From assembly GCA_036555615.1 (NCBI GenBank), contig DATBKZ010000034.1:84246-148245 (forward strand): a stretch of DNA of 64,000 nt. The letters run 5' to 3'. Origin of the DNA: Burkholderiales bacterium. Lineage in GTDB: Bacteria; Pseudomonadota; Gammaproteobacteria; Burkholderiales; SG8-41. The position numbers and the translations under genes are program-made. The notes below the pieces were generated by a model, which had not been told where the DNA came from, searched no databases, and was given only the letters and a program-made list of their open reading frames with translations. Positions 26,799 through 36,071 of the stretch are shown one piece after another; within the stretch, counting starts at the first letter, position 1, and each line of letters begins with the position of its first letter.

Positions 26799-27881
26799 TC
26801 AGGTTTCAAGGGGCAGCCGCACTGCCTTACCGGTCGCCACCGCGCGCTCGATGGCGATGGTGGTCTCGAGATTGATGCGCGCCTGCTCCGGCGTCGTGTG
26901 CGCGGTGGGCGCGCCGGTGACGAGATGGTCGAGCCAGGCTCGCGTCTCATTCCCGAGCGGGCCCCAGAAATCCCCCAGCGCCCAGTCGCCCGCGGTGTTG
27001 CTGCCCAGGAACGCCAGCTCCAGGCTGTGACCCGGCACGTAGGGATGGGGGATGCCCTTCTCCGTATAGAGCAGATGGTCCTTGTGGTCGTCGTCGATCA
27101 GCATGGTGCCCTCGGCGCCGAGCAGCTCGACGCGGTCGGATTGCCCTTGCGTCGGGAATTTCGACGGCAGCGCATAGCTGATGCCGAAGTTCACCACCGC
27201 GCCGTCGGCGAACGTGACGATCGCCCACGTCGCATCGTGCGCGCTGTAGCCCGCTTCCTTGAAGATGCCGTGCTGGCCGCGCGCGACGACCTCCACCGGC
27301 CGGTTGCCCTCGAGGAACCAGCACATGAGATCGACGTAGTAGGTCAGCACGTCGAGCACGGGCGTCGCGTGCGGGTCGCGCTTGAGGATCGCGAAGGTCT
27401 GGGCGCGTGAGTTGTAGACGCGGGCGAGACCGCCGACGACCTTGCCGAGGCGCGCGAGGACCATCTGCTCCTTCGCGCGCAGAAAGCATTCCTTGAAGCG
27501 CCGGCTGTAGCCGATGCGGAGCTTGCCGCCGGTCCGGCGCAGCGTCTCGAGCATGTCGTCGGCGTCCTTCAGCGTCAGCGCGATCGGCTTCTCGCACAGC
27601 ACCGGCTTGCCCAGCTCGAGCGCGCGGCGCACCGGCGCCGAGTGCTCGCCTTCGGGCGTCGAGACGAACACCGCGTTGACTTCCGGCCGCTCGATCACTT
27701 CGAAGTTATTGCCGCTGTGAAAATCCGCGCCCGTCTGCTCCGCGAGCGCCTGCGCGCGCCCGGGATCGAGGTCCGACACCGCGATGAACTTGACGCAGGG
27801 ATGCTTCGCCGCGAGCCGCGCCCGCAGGGTGCCGATGCGGCCGGCACCGATCACGGCTACGCCCAGTTCTGCCTTTTTCAT
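26799..27881 (-). CDS. Gfo/Idh/MocA-family NAD(P)-dependent oxidoreductase
   Basis: MKKAELGVAVIGAGRIGTLRA Rossmann start and EKPIALTLKDAD motif. ATG at 27881 with GAAGGAAG upstream. It overlaps the stop of the upstream gene (ATGA). Confidence 0.85.
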   Translation of the reverse strand: MKKAELGVAVIGAGRIGTLRARLAAKHPCVKFIAVSDLDPGRAQALAEQTGADFHSGNNFEVIERPEVNAVFVSTPEGEHSAPVRRALELGKPVLCEKPIALTLKDADDMLETLRRTGGKLRIGYSRRFKECFLRAKEQMVLARLGKVVGGLARVYNSRAQTFAILKRDPHATPVLDVLTYYVDLMCWFLEGNRPVEVVARGQHGIFKEAGYSAHDATWAIVTFADGAVVNFGISYALPSKFPTQGQSDRVELLGAEGTMLIDDDHKDHLLYTEKGIPHPYVPGHSLELAFLGSNTAGDWALGDFWGPLGNETRAWLDHLVTGAPTAHTTPEQARINLETTIAIERAVATGKAVRLPLET

Positions 27882-28486
27882 CGTGATCTTCCTTCGTCGT
27901 GCACGCCGGGCGCCCAGCCCGAGGGCGCGAGATGCCGGCGCGCGAACGCCGCCGCCTCCCGCTCGAGGGGAGTGGCGAGCGTCACGTTCCAGCGGTTGAG
28001 CCATCCAAGCAGCGCGATCACCGACACGATTTCGATGATGGCATTCTCGCTGTAGTGCTTGCGCAGCTCCACGAAGTGCGTTTCGGACACGCCGCTCGGG
28101 CACGCGCCCGCCGCCTGTGCGAGAGCAAGCGCGGCGCGCTCGGCGGGCGTGAACAGCGCGCTCGTCGCGAACTGGGGCAGCGCCTCGATTCTCTCGAGCG
28201 GAACGCCGGCGATGTGCGCAGCGTTCTCCGCGTTGTGCGCGGCGGAGTAGGAGTCGCCGGCAGCGCGGCTCACAACGTGCGCGACCATGAACTTGAGCGA
28301 CTTGGGAATCTCGCCCTCGTCCATCATGACCGCGGTATGGAGCGCACGGTAGGCGCGGAGCACCTCCGGCCGGCGCGCCATGGTGAGCCAGCTGTTGGGC
28401 GGATAGCCCTTGGTCTTCTGCCAGCGCGCCATCACATCCGCGACCTGCGCGAACTGTTCCGGCGCTGCAGGGGAAACGCGCGCCAT
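27878..28486 (-). CDS. Carboxymuconolactone-decarboxylase/AhpD-like family protein lacking the CxxC motif
   Basis: 202 aa. KSLKFMVAHVVSRAAGDSYSAAHNAENA...FTPAERAALALA...IIEIVSVIALLGWLNRWN is the CMD/AhpD-like helical fold. There is only one Cys in the protein. Confidence 0.75.
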   Translation of the reverse strand: MARVSPAAPEQFAQVADVMARWQKTKGYPPNSWLTMARRPEVLRAYRALHTAVMMDEGEIPKSLKFMVAHVVSRAAGDSYSAAHNAENAAHIAGVPLERIEALPQFATSALFTPAERAALALAQAAGACPSGVSETHFVELRKHYSENAIIEIVSVIALLGWLNRWNVTLATPLEREAAAFARRHLAPSGWAPGVHDEGRSR

Positions 28487-28490
28487 GGCC

Positions 28491-29471
28491 CTAGTAAACA
28501 CGGTTGCGCGCAGCCTCGCCCTTGACGAGGACACGCTCGACGTTGAACCACGCTTCGCGGAACAGCATGGCGGATGACTGGCGCGTGACGCCCGCGATGT
28601 GCGGTGTGAAGAGCACCCGGCGCGCCGCCTCGCCCTCGAGCGCGAACAGGGGATTGCCGGGGTCGGGCGGCTCCGTGGCATAGACATCGATTGCGGCGCC
28701 GCCCAGGCGGCCCGACCTGAGATGCGCAACAAGCGCTTCCTCGTTCACGATGCCGCCGCGAGCGGCCTGGATCAGCACCGCTCCCGGCTTCATCAACGCG
28801 AACTGCCGCGGGCCGATCATGCTGCGGGTCTGCGGCAGGAGCGGAACGTGCAGGGTGATGACGTCGGCCGTCCGGAGCAGCTCATCGAGCGGCACTGCGC
28901 GCGCGGCAGTCCGCGCAGCAGCCTGGGGATCGCGCGGGGCAGGGTCGTAATAGACGATCTGGCAGCCAAAGCGGTGAAATGCCTCGGCCACCGCGGCGCC
29001 AACGGTGCCGAAGCCCACGACGCCCACGGTGAGCCCCTCGAGTCCCGGCAGGTTGTCGGTGATCATGCGCCCACGGAACGAGACGTAGTTTGCGTTCCGG
29101 ATTTCCGCATCCGCCCAGGCGAGGCGGCGCAGCAGGAGAAGAGCGCTTGCCACGGCGTACTCGGCCACCGCGCTGTTGCTGCCGCCGGGGACGTTCGCGA
29201 CCGCGATGCCGAGCTTCTTCATCGCGGCCTCATCGAGCCGGTCGACGCCGGCGCCGGTCACCTGGACGAGCTTGACGCCACCGCCCTCGAAGAGTGAGCC
29301 GGCCAGCTTCGGGCCGACAGCCGGAATCACCAGCGCGCGCACCGACCTGACGTGCGCAGCGAGTTGCGGGTCGTCGACGGCGCGATAGTTGACGGCGAGC
29401 GTGACGGGCGGCGTGATGCCTGCGCGCTGAAAATCGGCCAGCGGCCGCAGGCAGAGAACGTCGTGTGGCAT
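28491..29471 (-). CDS. D-isomer-specific 2-hydroxyacid dehydrogenase family protein
   Basis: GVVGFGTVGAAVAEAF NAD loop and QAARGGIVNEEAL...AIDVYATEP...TPHIAGVT. The ATG at 29471 shares one base with the cupin stop. Confidence 0.85.
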   Translation of the reverse strand: MPHDVLCLRPLADFQRAGITPPVTLAVNYRAVDDPQLAAHVRSVRALVIPAVGPKLAGSLFEGGGVKLVQVTGAGVDRLDEAAMKKLGIAVANVPGGSNSAVAEYAVASALLLLRRLAWADAEIRNANYVSFRGRMITDNLPGLEGLTVGVVGFGTVGAAVAEAFHRFGCQIVYYDPAPRDPQAAARTAARAVPLDELLRTADVITLHVPLLPQTRSMIGPRQFALMKPGAVLIQAARGGIVNEEALVAHLRSGRLGGAAIDVYATEPPDPGNPLFALEGEAARRVLFTPHIAGVTRQSSAMLFREAWFNVERVLVKGEAARNRVY

Positions 29472-29851
29472 CAGAGCGCTGGGGGTGGTTCCTGGGTCCG
29501 CTTCGTGATGTCGCCAACCGGAAAGAAGCACAGCAACACCAGCGGTTCCTGGCCGGTATTGCGGGTCATGTGCTTTTCTCCCGGCGGAATCAGGATCGTG
29601 TCGCCGGCCTTCAGCGGGAAGCTCCCGCTGTCGGCCTCGGTGCAGCCTTCGCCTGCCATCACGTAGATGCATTCCTCGAAGCCCTGGTGGTAGTGCGGGC
29701 GGCGCGCTGTGTCGCCGGGCTTCGGCACGGGAATCTCGACCAGCCGCAGCGTCACGGCGCGCGAGCCTTTCTCGCCGGACACGATCTCGAGCGATTTCCG
29801 GCCGGGCAGGCCCATGCTCTTCGCCTGCGCCTGCGTCAGCACCTTCGCCAT
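29471..29851 (-). CDS. Cupin-domain protein (126 aa)
   Basis: Both cupin motifs are present: PHYHQGFEECIYVMAGEG and GDTILIPPGEKHMTRN. The ATG at 29851 shares one base with the upstream stop. Confidence 0.8.
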   Translation of the reverse strand: MAKVLTQAQAKSMGLPGRKSLEIVSGEKGSRAVTLRLVEIPVPKPGDTARRPHYHQGFEECIYVMAGEGCTEADSGSFPLKAGDTILIPPGEKHMTRNTGQEPLVLLCFFPVGDITKRTQEPPPAL

Positions 29852-30654
29852 CAGCCAGCCACCTTCAGGTGCTTGATTTCGGCGGTGCCGCCCTGCGCCT
29901 CGTCGAGCAGGCGGAAGATCTCCGCCGCCTCCTTCGCAATCGCACCGGCGATGCCGTCGAGCATCGTCTTCGCCTTGTCCACGGTCGCGTGCTCGGGCGT
30001 GCCGTACCAGCCGGTCGGCGCGATGGTGCGGATGTCGCGCAGCACCGGCTGGAAGGCGCGCGTGCGCCGCAGCTTGTCCCACTTGCGGCCATGCGAGTGG
30101 TCGGAGGAATAATCGATGCGATCGAGGTGGACGAGGTCCGGCCGGCAGGCGAGCACGGCGAGCGCTTCGATCTCGCCACCGTGCGTGAGTCCCCCGTAGT
30201 CCTTGCCGAACAGCTCCGCCGCGACGTAGCACGCCTGGACGGTCAATACCGTCATGCCGTGGTCGCGGTGCAGGTGCTCGGCAGCGATCGCGAGCGAGGG
30301 GATGTTGCCCTCGTGCCAGTTGAGCAGCAGGAGATACTTCGCGCCGTGCCTGGCCGCCGACACGCAGGTTTCCGTCACCACGCGCTGATAGGTATCGGGA
30401 GTGAGCGTGAGGGTGGCCTCGAACGGCATGTGCATGGGCGTGACGCCAAGCGGCCCGCCCGGCAGCACCAGTGCGTCCATGCGCTCGGCCACTGCATGGG
30501 AAATGACGTTGGCCGCGAGGATGTCGGTGCCGGCCGGCAGATGCGGGCCATGCTGCTCGACGCTGCCCGCGGGGAGGATCACCAGCGGGTTCTTCTTCAG
30601 TTGCGCGGCGATCTCGGGCTGCGTGAGATCGATGAGGTGGCGTGTCGGAAGCAT
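29851..30654 (-). CDS. Creatininase-family amidohydrolase
   Basis: LVILPAGSVEQHGPHLPAGTD and LLLLNWHEGN motifs are typical of the creatininase/MftE/ArfB family. 267 aa. Confidence 0.85.
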   Translation of the reverse strand: MLPTRHLIDLTQPEIAAQLKKNPLVILPAGSVEQHGPHLPAGTDILAANVISHAVAERMDALVLPGGPLGVTPMHMPFEATLTLTPDTYQRVVTETCVSAARHGAKYLLLLNWHEGNIPSLAIAAEHLHRDHGMTVLTVQACYVAAELFGKDYGGLTHGGEIEALAVLACRPDLVHLDRIDYSSDHSHGRKWDKLRRTRAFQPVLRDIRTIAPTGWYGTPEHATVDKAKTMLDGIAGAIAKEAAEIFRLLDEAQGGTAEIKHLKVAG

Positions 30655-30657
30655 GGC

Positions 30658-31746
30658 CTAGGCCGCGCGCGCTTGGGCGCGGATGCGCGATCGCGTCTCT
30701 TCCATGACGTCCGCAATGCGCACGCACTGCCCCTTGCGATCGATGGATCGCAACGCCGCGTACACCACCGCCACTGCGACGTTGCCGTTATGCGCGGTGA
30801 GCTCGCCGGGCTTGCCGGTCGCGCAGCTCGCGGCGAACATTTCCAGCTCGGCGCGGAACATGTCGCTTTCGGGCAAGGGGATCGCTTCCCGCTTCGCCCA
30901 GCCGTCCTTTCCACGCTGGATGTAGAGGGTGGATGCCTTGTGCAAGAGATGCGGCGTATCCCAGGTGCCGAAATCGATCTCGTAATGCATGAGACCTTTC
31001 GAGCCGAATACCCGCACCGCGAAGATGCCGGGGGACGTCCAGCACGAGCCGACGTAGCCGATCTTGCCGTCGGCAAACCTGAGCAGCGTCATCGACTGGT
31101 CGTCCACTTCCGCGCCCACCGGTGAGAGCTTGGACGCCATCGAGGAGACCTCGGCGATCTCGCCTCCCAGCAGGTGCAGCACGTCGAACTGGTGGATCGC
31201 GAGCTGGGAGAGCGGCCCGCCGGGGGCGCGGTCCTTATACCAGCGCCAGGTCTGCGGCGTAAGCTCCAGCGCGCGCTCGTTGGAGAAATTGGCTTCCATG
31301 AATGCCACGCGCCCCAGCTCCCCGGCGTCGATCCGGTCCTTGATGATGCGGATGCCCGCCATCAGCCGCGCGCTGTGGCCGACGGTGACGGTGACGCCGT
31401 ACTGCTGTTCCAGCGCGGCGATCTTCAAGCCGTCTTCAAGCGTCTGGGCGATCGGTTTCTCGGTGTAGACGTGCTTGCCCGCACGGGCGACCATTTCCGC
31501 CATCGGCAGATGCTGCTCGTTGGGCACTGTGAGGATGACGCCCTTCAGTTCCGGATTGGAAAGCATGGACTTCATGTCGGGGACCGCCGGCACGCCCATT
31601 TCCATCTCGAACGCCACGCGCCTGTCCGCCGAGCGGCTGTAGGCGGCAACGATCTTCAGCTCGTCGGATTGCTGTGCGGCGCGGGCGAGGACCTTGGCCC
31701 ACCGGCCGAGACCGACGATCCCGAGTTTGACTGGTGTGCTGCTCAT
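30658..31746 (-). CDS. Gfo/Idh/MocA-family oxidoreductase
   Basis: VKLGIVGLGRWAKVLA Rossmann N-terminus and EKPIAQTLEDGLK motif. 362 aa. Confidence 0.85.
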   Translation of the reverse strand: MSSTPVKLGIVGLGRWAKVLARAAQQSDELKIVAAYSRSADRRVAFEMEMGVPAVPDMKSMLSNPELKGVILTVPNEQHLPMAEMVARAGKHVYTEKPIAQTLEDGLKIAALEQQYGVTVTVGHSARLMAGIRIIKDRIDAGELGRVAFMEANFSNERALELTPQTWRWYKDRAPGGPLSQLAIHQFDVLHLLGGEIAEVSSMASKLSPVGAEVDDQSMTLLRFADGKIGYVGSCWTSPGIFAVRVFGSKGLMHYEIDFGTWDTPHLLHKASTLYIQRGKDGWAKREAIPLPESDMFRAELEMFAASCATGKPGELTAHNGNVAVAVVYAALRSIDRKGQCVRIADVMEETRSRIRAQARAA

Positions 31747-31838
31747 GGGAATCCCGTTGTCGCTGTGGATGACCCGCGATTCTACAACGCACGCAGTTGC
31801 CGCGCGCGCCGGTCCGCACTGCGGACCCGGGCCTCATC

Positions 31839-33014
31839 TTACCCGAGCCTGCGCATCATCCACGGCAGCAGCACGTTCTCGGCGATCGCTCCGCTTGGCC
31901 AGTCGGGGGAGCGGCCCATATGGCCGCCCTGCGGGTTGACCCACGCGTCCTTGGCGGTGCCGTGTTCGAGCAACACATACAGATCGGCAATGGGAATCTG
32001 CGAGTCGCGCGCGCCATTGACGGCGAGCACGGGCGCCGAAGAGCGATCGAGCAGGCCGGCATCGATGAGCGAGAAGCGCCGCGCGCGCACGAGCATGTCC
32101 TCGAGATTGCGCGCGCCCAGCATCGCGCACTTCGCGTGCAGGTAGTCGTAGAGATACTCGCCGGTGGCGAGCGAAGCGCGCAGCCAGTCGGGCTGAAAAT
32201 AATGGTGGATCGGCCCGCCGTGCACGATCGACCCGCGCAGCCGCTCGCGCTCGGTGATCGCGAGCTTGGCGGCCCAATAGCCGCTCCAGCTGCGGCCTTG
32301 CACCACGATTCGCCCTGTAGCCACCTCGGGACGCCGGCCCAGATAGTCGAGCGCCGCGGTGAAAATGCGGTCGCTGTCGACCGCCGCCACCGCGTGGGGC
32401 GACTCGCCGGTGCCGGGAAGGTCGATCGCGAACAGCCCAAGGCCTCGCCGCAGGTAGCTGTCCGTATGCGCGGCGACGTCTTCCTTCCTGGAATCGAGTC
32501 CGGCGATGCCGAATACGAGCGGAGCAGGGCGCGCGAGGGGAGGCAGGCGCAGGTAGGCGACAATTTCTCCGCCCTCGAATGGAACCCGGACCGTGTCGAT
32601 GGGCGGATCGAGCAGGCGCGCGTGGGCGCGGAACGCTTCCAGCGCGCGTCGGCGGGCGTGCTGTCGCGCCGGTGTGTTTTCCGTAGGCCAGCGCGCAAAG
32701 TGATAGAGGCGCCAAGCCTTCCAGTAGCGGTCCCTCGCGCCGCCGCGATCCGTCGCCTCGAGCGTCCGGGCCTCGGCCCAGTGGCGATCGGCGGCGCTGC
32801 TCCAGGCGCGCGCCCACTCTTCGCGCTCCAGGCCGTGAATCGTTGACAGCGCGGCCCGCGCGTCCTCCGGCGCGATGCCGCTGAGCGGCGGCAGGCCGTG
32901 ATCGGCGCGCCGCTGGACTTCCTGCTTGAGTGCTTGCAGGTCGCGGCCCCCGCCCGTAACGAGGCAGATATCATCGGCCGTTCGACGGATCAATGTCACT
33001 CCACAAAAAAGCAA
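31839..33014 (-). CDS. Alpha/beta hydrolase, FrsA-like (DUF1100-type)
   Basis: VQGRSWSGYW nucleophile-elbow context (GxSxG as G-R-S-W-S-G). Overall layout resembles FrsA-like esterases. The start is uncertain (TTG 33014, GTG 32999 or TTG 32993). Confidence 0.7.
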   Translation of the reverse strand: MLFCGVTLIRRTADDICLVTGGGRDLQALKQEVQRRADHGLPPLSGIAPEDARAALSTIHGLEREEWARAWSSAADRHWAEARTLEATDRGGARDRYWKAWRLYHFARWPTENTPARQHARRRALEAFRAHARLLDPPIDTVRVPFEGGEIVAYLRLPPLARPAPLVFGIAGLDSRKEDVAAHTDSYLRRGLGLFAIDLPGTGESPHAVAAVDSDRIFTAALDYLGRRPEVATGRIVVQGRSWSGYWAAKLAITERERLRGSIVHGGPIHHYFQPDWLRASLATGEYLYDYLHAKCAMLGARNLEDMLVRARRFSLIDAGLLDRSSAPVLAVNGARDSQIPIADLYVLLEHGTAKDAWVNPQGGHMGRSPDWPSGAIAENVLLPWMMRRLG

Positions 33015-33074
33015 GGGCGGCCTTGGCCGCCCTTGGTTGCCGATCAGCGGTTACTGATCTCCGGTCGCGCGCCC

Positions 33075-34055
33075 CTAGTTGGCCGTCAACCCGAGCGATT
33101 TCACCAGCTTCTCGTTTGTGACCATCGATTCCTGCACCACTTTCCGGAACTCCGCCGGCCCCAGAACGACGATCTCCGTGGCCTGGATCGCCATCCCTTT
33201 CCTGACTGCGGGCGTAGCCATGGCTTTCACCACTGCGGCGCGCAGCCTGTCATTGACGGCCTTGGGCGTGCCCTTCGGCAGGAAGAAACCCATCCAGCCG
33301 CTGTAGTCGAAGCCCGGTATGGTGTCCGAGATCGGCGGAATGCCGGGCAGCAGCGCGGTGGGCTTGGGCAGCGTCTGGGCGATGGCGCGCATGCGCTTGG
33401 CGTTGACGTGGACCATCGCCGCCGGCGCGGGAATGAGCGTCCACTGGGATTCGTTGGCCACCACGGACGCGCTCGACGGACCGCCGCCCTTGTACGGGAC
33501 GTGCAGCGAATTGATGCCGGCCTGCTGCTGGAAGTACGCCCCCGCGAGATGGCTCTGCGAGCCGGCGCCGGCGGAGGCCATGTTGAATGGGGTCTTTCCG
33601 CTCTTGGCGTAATCGATCAATTCCTTCGTGGACTTGATCGGGAGCGTGGGATTCACCACCAGCACGTTGAGCGTCAATGCATATTGCGCAACGTAGTCGT
33701 AGTCATTGACGGGATGGAAGCGGGCCTTCTTCTGCAGCAGCCTGGCAATCGTGCTCGCCGCCGTCGTCGCGCTGATCAGCGTGTAGCCGTCGGGATTCGC
33801 GTCCTTGGCGATTTCCATGCCGATGATGCCGCCCGCGCCAGCGCGGTTGTCGATGACGATCTGCTGGCCGATCGTGTGGCCCAGCTCGTTGGCGACGATG
33901 CGGCTCAAGGTGTCGACCGCGCTGCCCGCCGTATTCGGCACGATCAGGCGTATCGGCCGGCTGGGATAACTTTTCGCGGATTCCTGCGCAACGGCCGGCG
34001 CAGCGCCGAGCAGTGTCGAAGCAATGGTCAGCGTAAGCCAGACCCGGATCTTCAT
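33075..34055 (-). CDS. Bug-family (TctC-like) substrate-binding protein
   Basis: Signal peptide MKIRVWLTLTIASTLLGAAPAVAQ, then YPSRPIRLIVPNTAGSAVDTLSR...DNRAGAGGIIG...PDGYTLI. Confidence 0.9.
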   Translation of the reverse strand: MKIRVWLTLTIASTLLGAAPAVAQESAKSYPSRPIRLIVPNTAGSAVDTLSRIVANELGHTIGQQIVIDNRAGAGGIIGMEIAKDANPDGYTLISATTAASTIARLLQKKARFHPVNDYDYVAQYALTLNVLVVNPTLPIKSTKELIDYAKSGKTPFNMASAGAGSQSHLAGAYFQQQAGINSLHVPYKGGGPSSASVVANESQWTLIPAPAAMVHVNAKRMRAIAQTLPKPTALLPGIPPISDTIPGFDYSGWMGFFLPKGTPKAVNDRLRAAVVKAMATPAVRKGMAIQATEIVVLGPAEFRKVVQESMVTNEKLVKSLGLTAN

Positions 34056-34238
34056 GAATTTTCTCCCTATCTGATGGTGCAGGCGTGAAACCGATGCGAT
34101 GTGGAATTGCGGACCTCATTCTGTCCGGTTTGCCCAGAGAACGCAACTTGCGCCCGCGCGTCGCCGCTTGCGAGACCGGCATCCGGGAACTCCGGTGGAA
34201 TCGCGCTTTCTGACTGATACCCATTACAATTCCCGACC

Positions 34239-35141
34239 ATGCTGCGCAGATTCCTCCTCCTTGCCGGTGCGGGCATCGTCGCCGCGTGCAGCCTCGCTCC
34301 GGCAGACTACAACGGCGACAGTGCGCCGCGTGAGGCGGCAATCGAGCCGCTGAGCTCGGAGCGTCCGCTTGTCGCGCTCGCCCTGGGCAGTGGCGGCGCG
34401 CGCGGCTTCGCCCACATCGGTGTCATCAAGGCGCTGGAGCAGGCCGGCATTGCGCCCGATATCGTCACCGGGGCGAGCTCGGGCGCCGTGGTCGGGGCGC
34501 TCTACGCCGCGGGCTGGAAGGCGGCCGAGCTGGAGGAGATCGCGCTCGGCCTCGAGCAGGGCGAGATCGTGGACTTCGCGCTGTTCGGCAACGGCTGGGT
34601 CAAAGGGGAGGCGCTGCAGAATTTCGTCAACCGGCTGGTCGGCGGGCGGCCGATCGAGCGGCTTGCCAGGCCCTTCGCCGTGGTTGCCACCGAGGCGAAG
34701 AGCCGGCGCATCACGGTTTTCAACCGCGGCGATACCGGCCTTGCCGTGCGCGCCTCGGCGAGCGTCCCCAACGTCTTCATCCCGCCTGTCATCAATGGCG
34801 CGGAGTACGTGGACGGCGGGCTCCTGAGCCCGGTGCCGGTCAAGCTCGCGCGCGCGATGGGCGCGGACATCGTCGTCGCGGTTGACGTTTCCTGGTTCGC
34901 CCAGACGCGCGACCCCTCGGATCCCGGTATGAGGCAATATGACCGCAGCGGACGCTATGCGCTGCTCGAGGGCGAGCTCGAGCAGGCCGACGTCGTCATC
35001 GTGCCGCGCACGGTGCGCACGCGCATGCTCGATTTCGACCAGCGCGAGTCGAACATCGCGGCCGGGGCCGTAGCGGGTCGCGAGGCCGTGCCCCAATTGC
35101 GGGAGGCCATCGCGCGGACCGCGACGACCAAGCGGCGCTGA
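34239..35141 (+). CDS. Patatin-like phospholipase lipoprotein (RssA-like)
   Basis: Lipobox LLAGAGIVAAC. GSGGARGFAHIGV oxyanion motif, GASSGA nucleophile and DGG motif (YVDGGLLSPVP). Confidence 0.85.
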   Translation: MLRRFLLLAGAGIVAACSLAPADYNGDSAPREAAIEPLSSERPLVALALGSGGARGFAHIGVIKALEQAGIAPDIVTGASSGAVVGALYAAGWKAAELEEIALGLEQGEIVDFALFGNGWVKGEALQNFVNRLVGGRPIERLARPFAVVATEAKSRRITVFNRGDTGLAVRASASVPNVFIPPVINGAEYVDGGLLSPVPVKLARAMGADIVVAVDVSWFAQTRDPSDPGMRQYDRSGRYALLEGELEQADVVIVPRTVRTRMLDFDQRESNIAAGAVAGREAVPQLREAIARTATTKRR

Positions 35142-35153
35142 TCGCGTCCGCCA

Positions 35154-36071
35154 TCATTCCACTGTCTGCGCCGGTGCCGGAGCAGACCGGGTGCGCGGAA
35201 CGCGCGCCAGATCCCAGTTTTCCAGTGCCCAGCTCCAGAGTTCCCTCACCGTTGCGTGCGCGAGCCCGCGCGGCGGCTGCTGTCCGAGAAACGACAGCGC
35301 AGCAGCGAGGGCAGGCTGCGGCCGCGCCGTGTTTACCGGCTGGGCCAGCGTCTGCTTGGAGAGTTTCTCGCCCTGGGAATTGACCGCGACCGGCAGATGG
35401 ACGTAGCGGGGGCGGGGCAAGCCGAGAAGTTGCTGGATGTAGATCTGCCGCGGCGTGGATGCGAGCAGATCCGCTCCGCGCACGACGTCGGTGATGCCCT
35501 GCTCGGCATCGTCCACTGCCACGGCGAGCTGGTAGGTGTACGTGCCGTCCGGGCGATAGAGCACGAAATCACCCGACTCTTTCTCCAGCTCGCAGGCGAT
35601 CGTGCCCTGCACCGCATCCTCGAATGCGACAGCCGCGCCCCGCGTGTCGAGCCGCAGCGCCCGCGCAGTCTTGTTTCCCGCGATGCCGCTGCGGCAGGTT
35701 CCCGGATAGACCGGTCCTTCCGTGCCGGCGACGGCGGAGTCGGCGATCTCCCGGCGGCTGCATGCGCAGGGATAGACGCGGCGGGTCTCCCGCAAACGGT
35801 GCAGGGCGCAGTGGTAGGCGTCGTGCCGCGTGCTCTGATACGCAACCGGCCCGTCGCCTTCCAAGCCGAAGGCCGCGAGCGTGCGCAGGATTTCGTCGGC
35901 CGCGCCCGCTGCCACGCGCGGGGAATCGATGTCTTCCATCCGCACGAGCCACTCGCCGCCGCGCGTTCTTGCCTCGAGAAAGCCGCCGACCGCCGCGACG
36001 AGCGAGCCGAAATGAAGCGGCCCGGTGGGAGAGGGCGCGAAGCGGCCGCGGTACTTGCCATCCTCCGTCAC
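35154..36071 (-). CDS. gluQ: tRNA glutamyl-Q(34) synthetase
   Basis: YRGRFAPSPTGPLHFGS (HIGH-like), CACSRRE...YPGTC zinc-site context and EKLSKQ (KMSKS-like). About 305 aa, truncated GluRS architecture. GTG 36071. Confidence 0.9.
   Translation of the reverse strand: MTEDGKYRGRFAPSPTGPLHFGSLVAAVGGFLEARTRGGEWLVRMEDIDSPRVAAGAADEILRTLAAFGLEGDGPVAYQSTRHDAYHCALHRLRETRRVYPCACSRREIADSAVAGTEGPVYPGTCRSGIAGNKTARALRLDTRGAAVAFEDAVQGTIACELEKESGDFVLYRPDGTYTYQLAVAVDDAEQGITDVVRGADLLASTPRQIYIQQLLGLPRPRYVHLPVAVNSQGEKLSKQTLAQPVNTARPQPALAAALSFLGQQPPRGLAHATVRELWSWALENWDLARVPRTRSAPAPAQTVE

Noticed and set aside
34097-34108. 12-mer CGATGTGGAATT identical to half of the 22-bp palindrome at 61951-61962
   Set aside because: My estimate is on the order of (64000^2/2)/4^12, roughly 100 chance 12-mer coincidences in a window this size. 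There is no dyad partner at 34097, so I treat it as coincidence.
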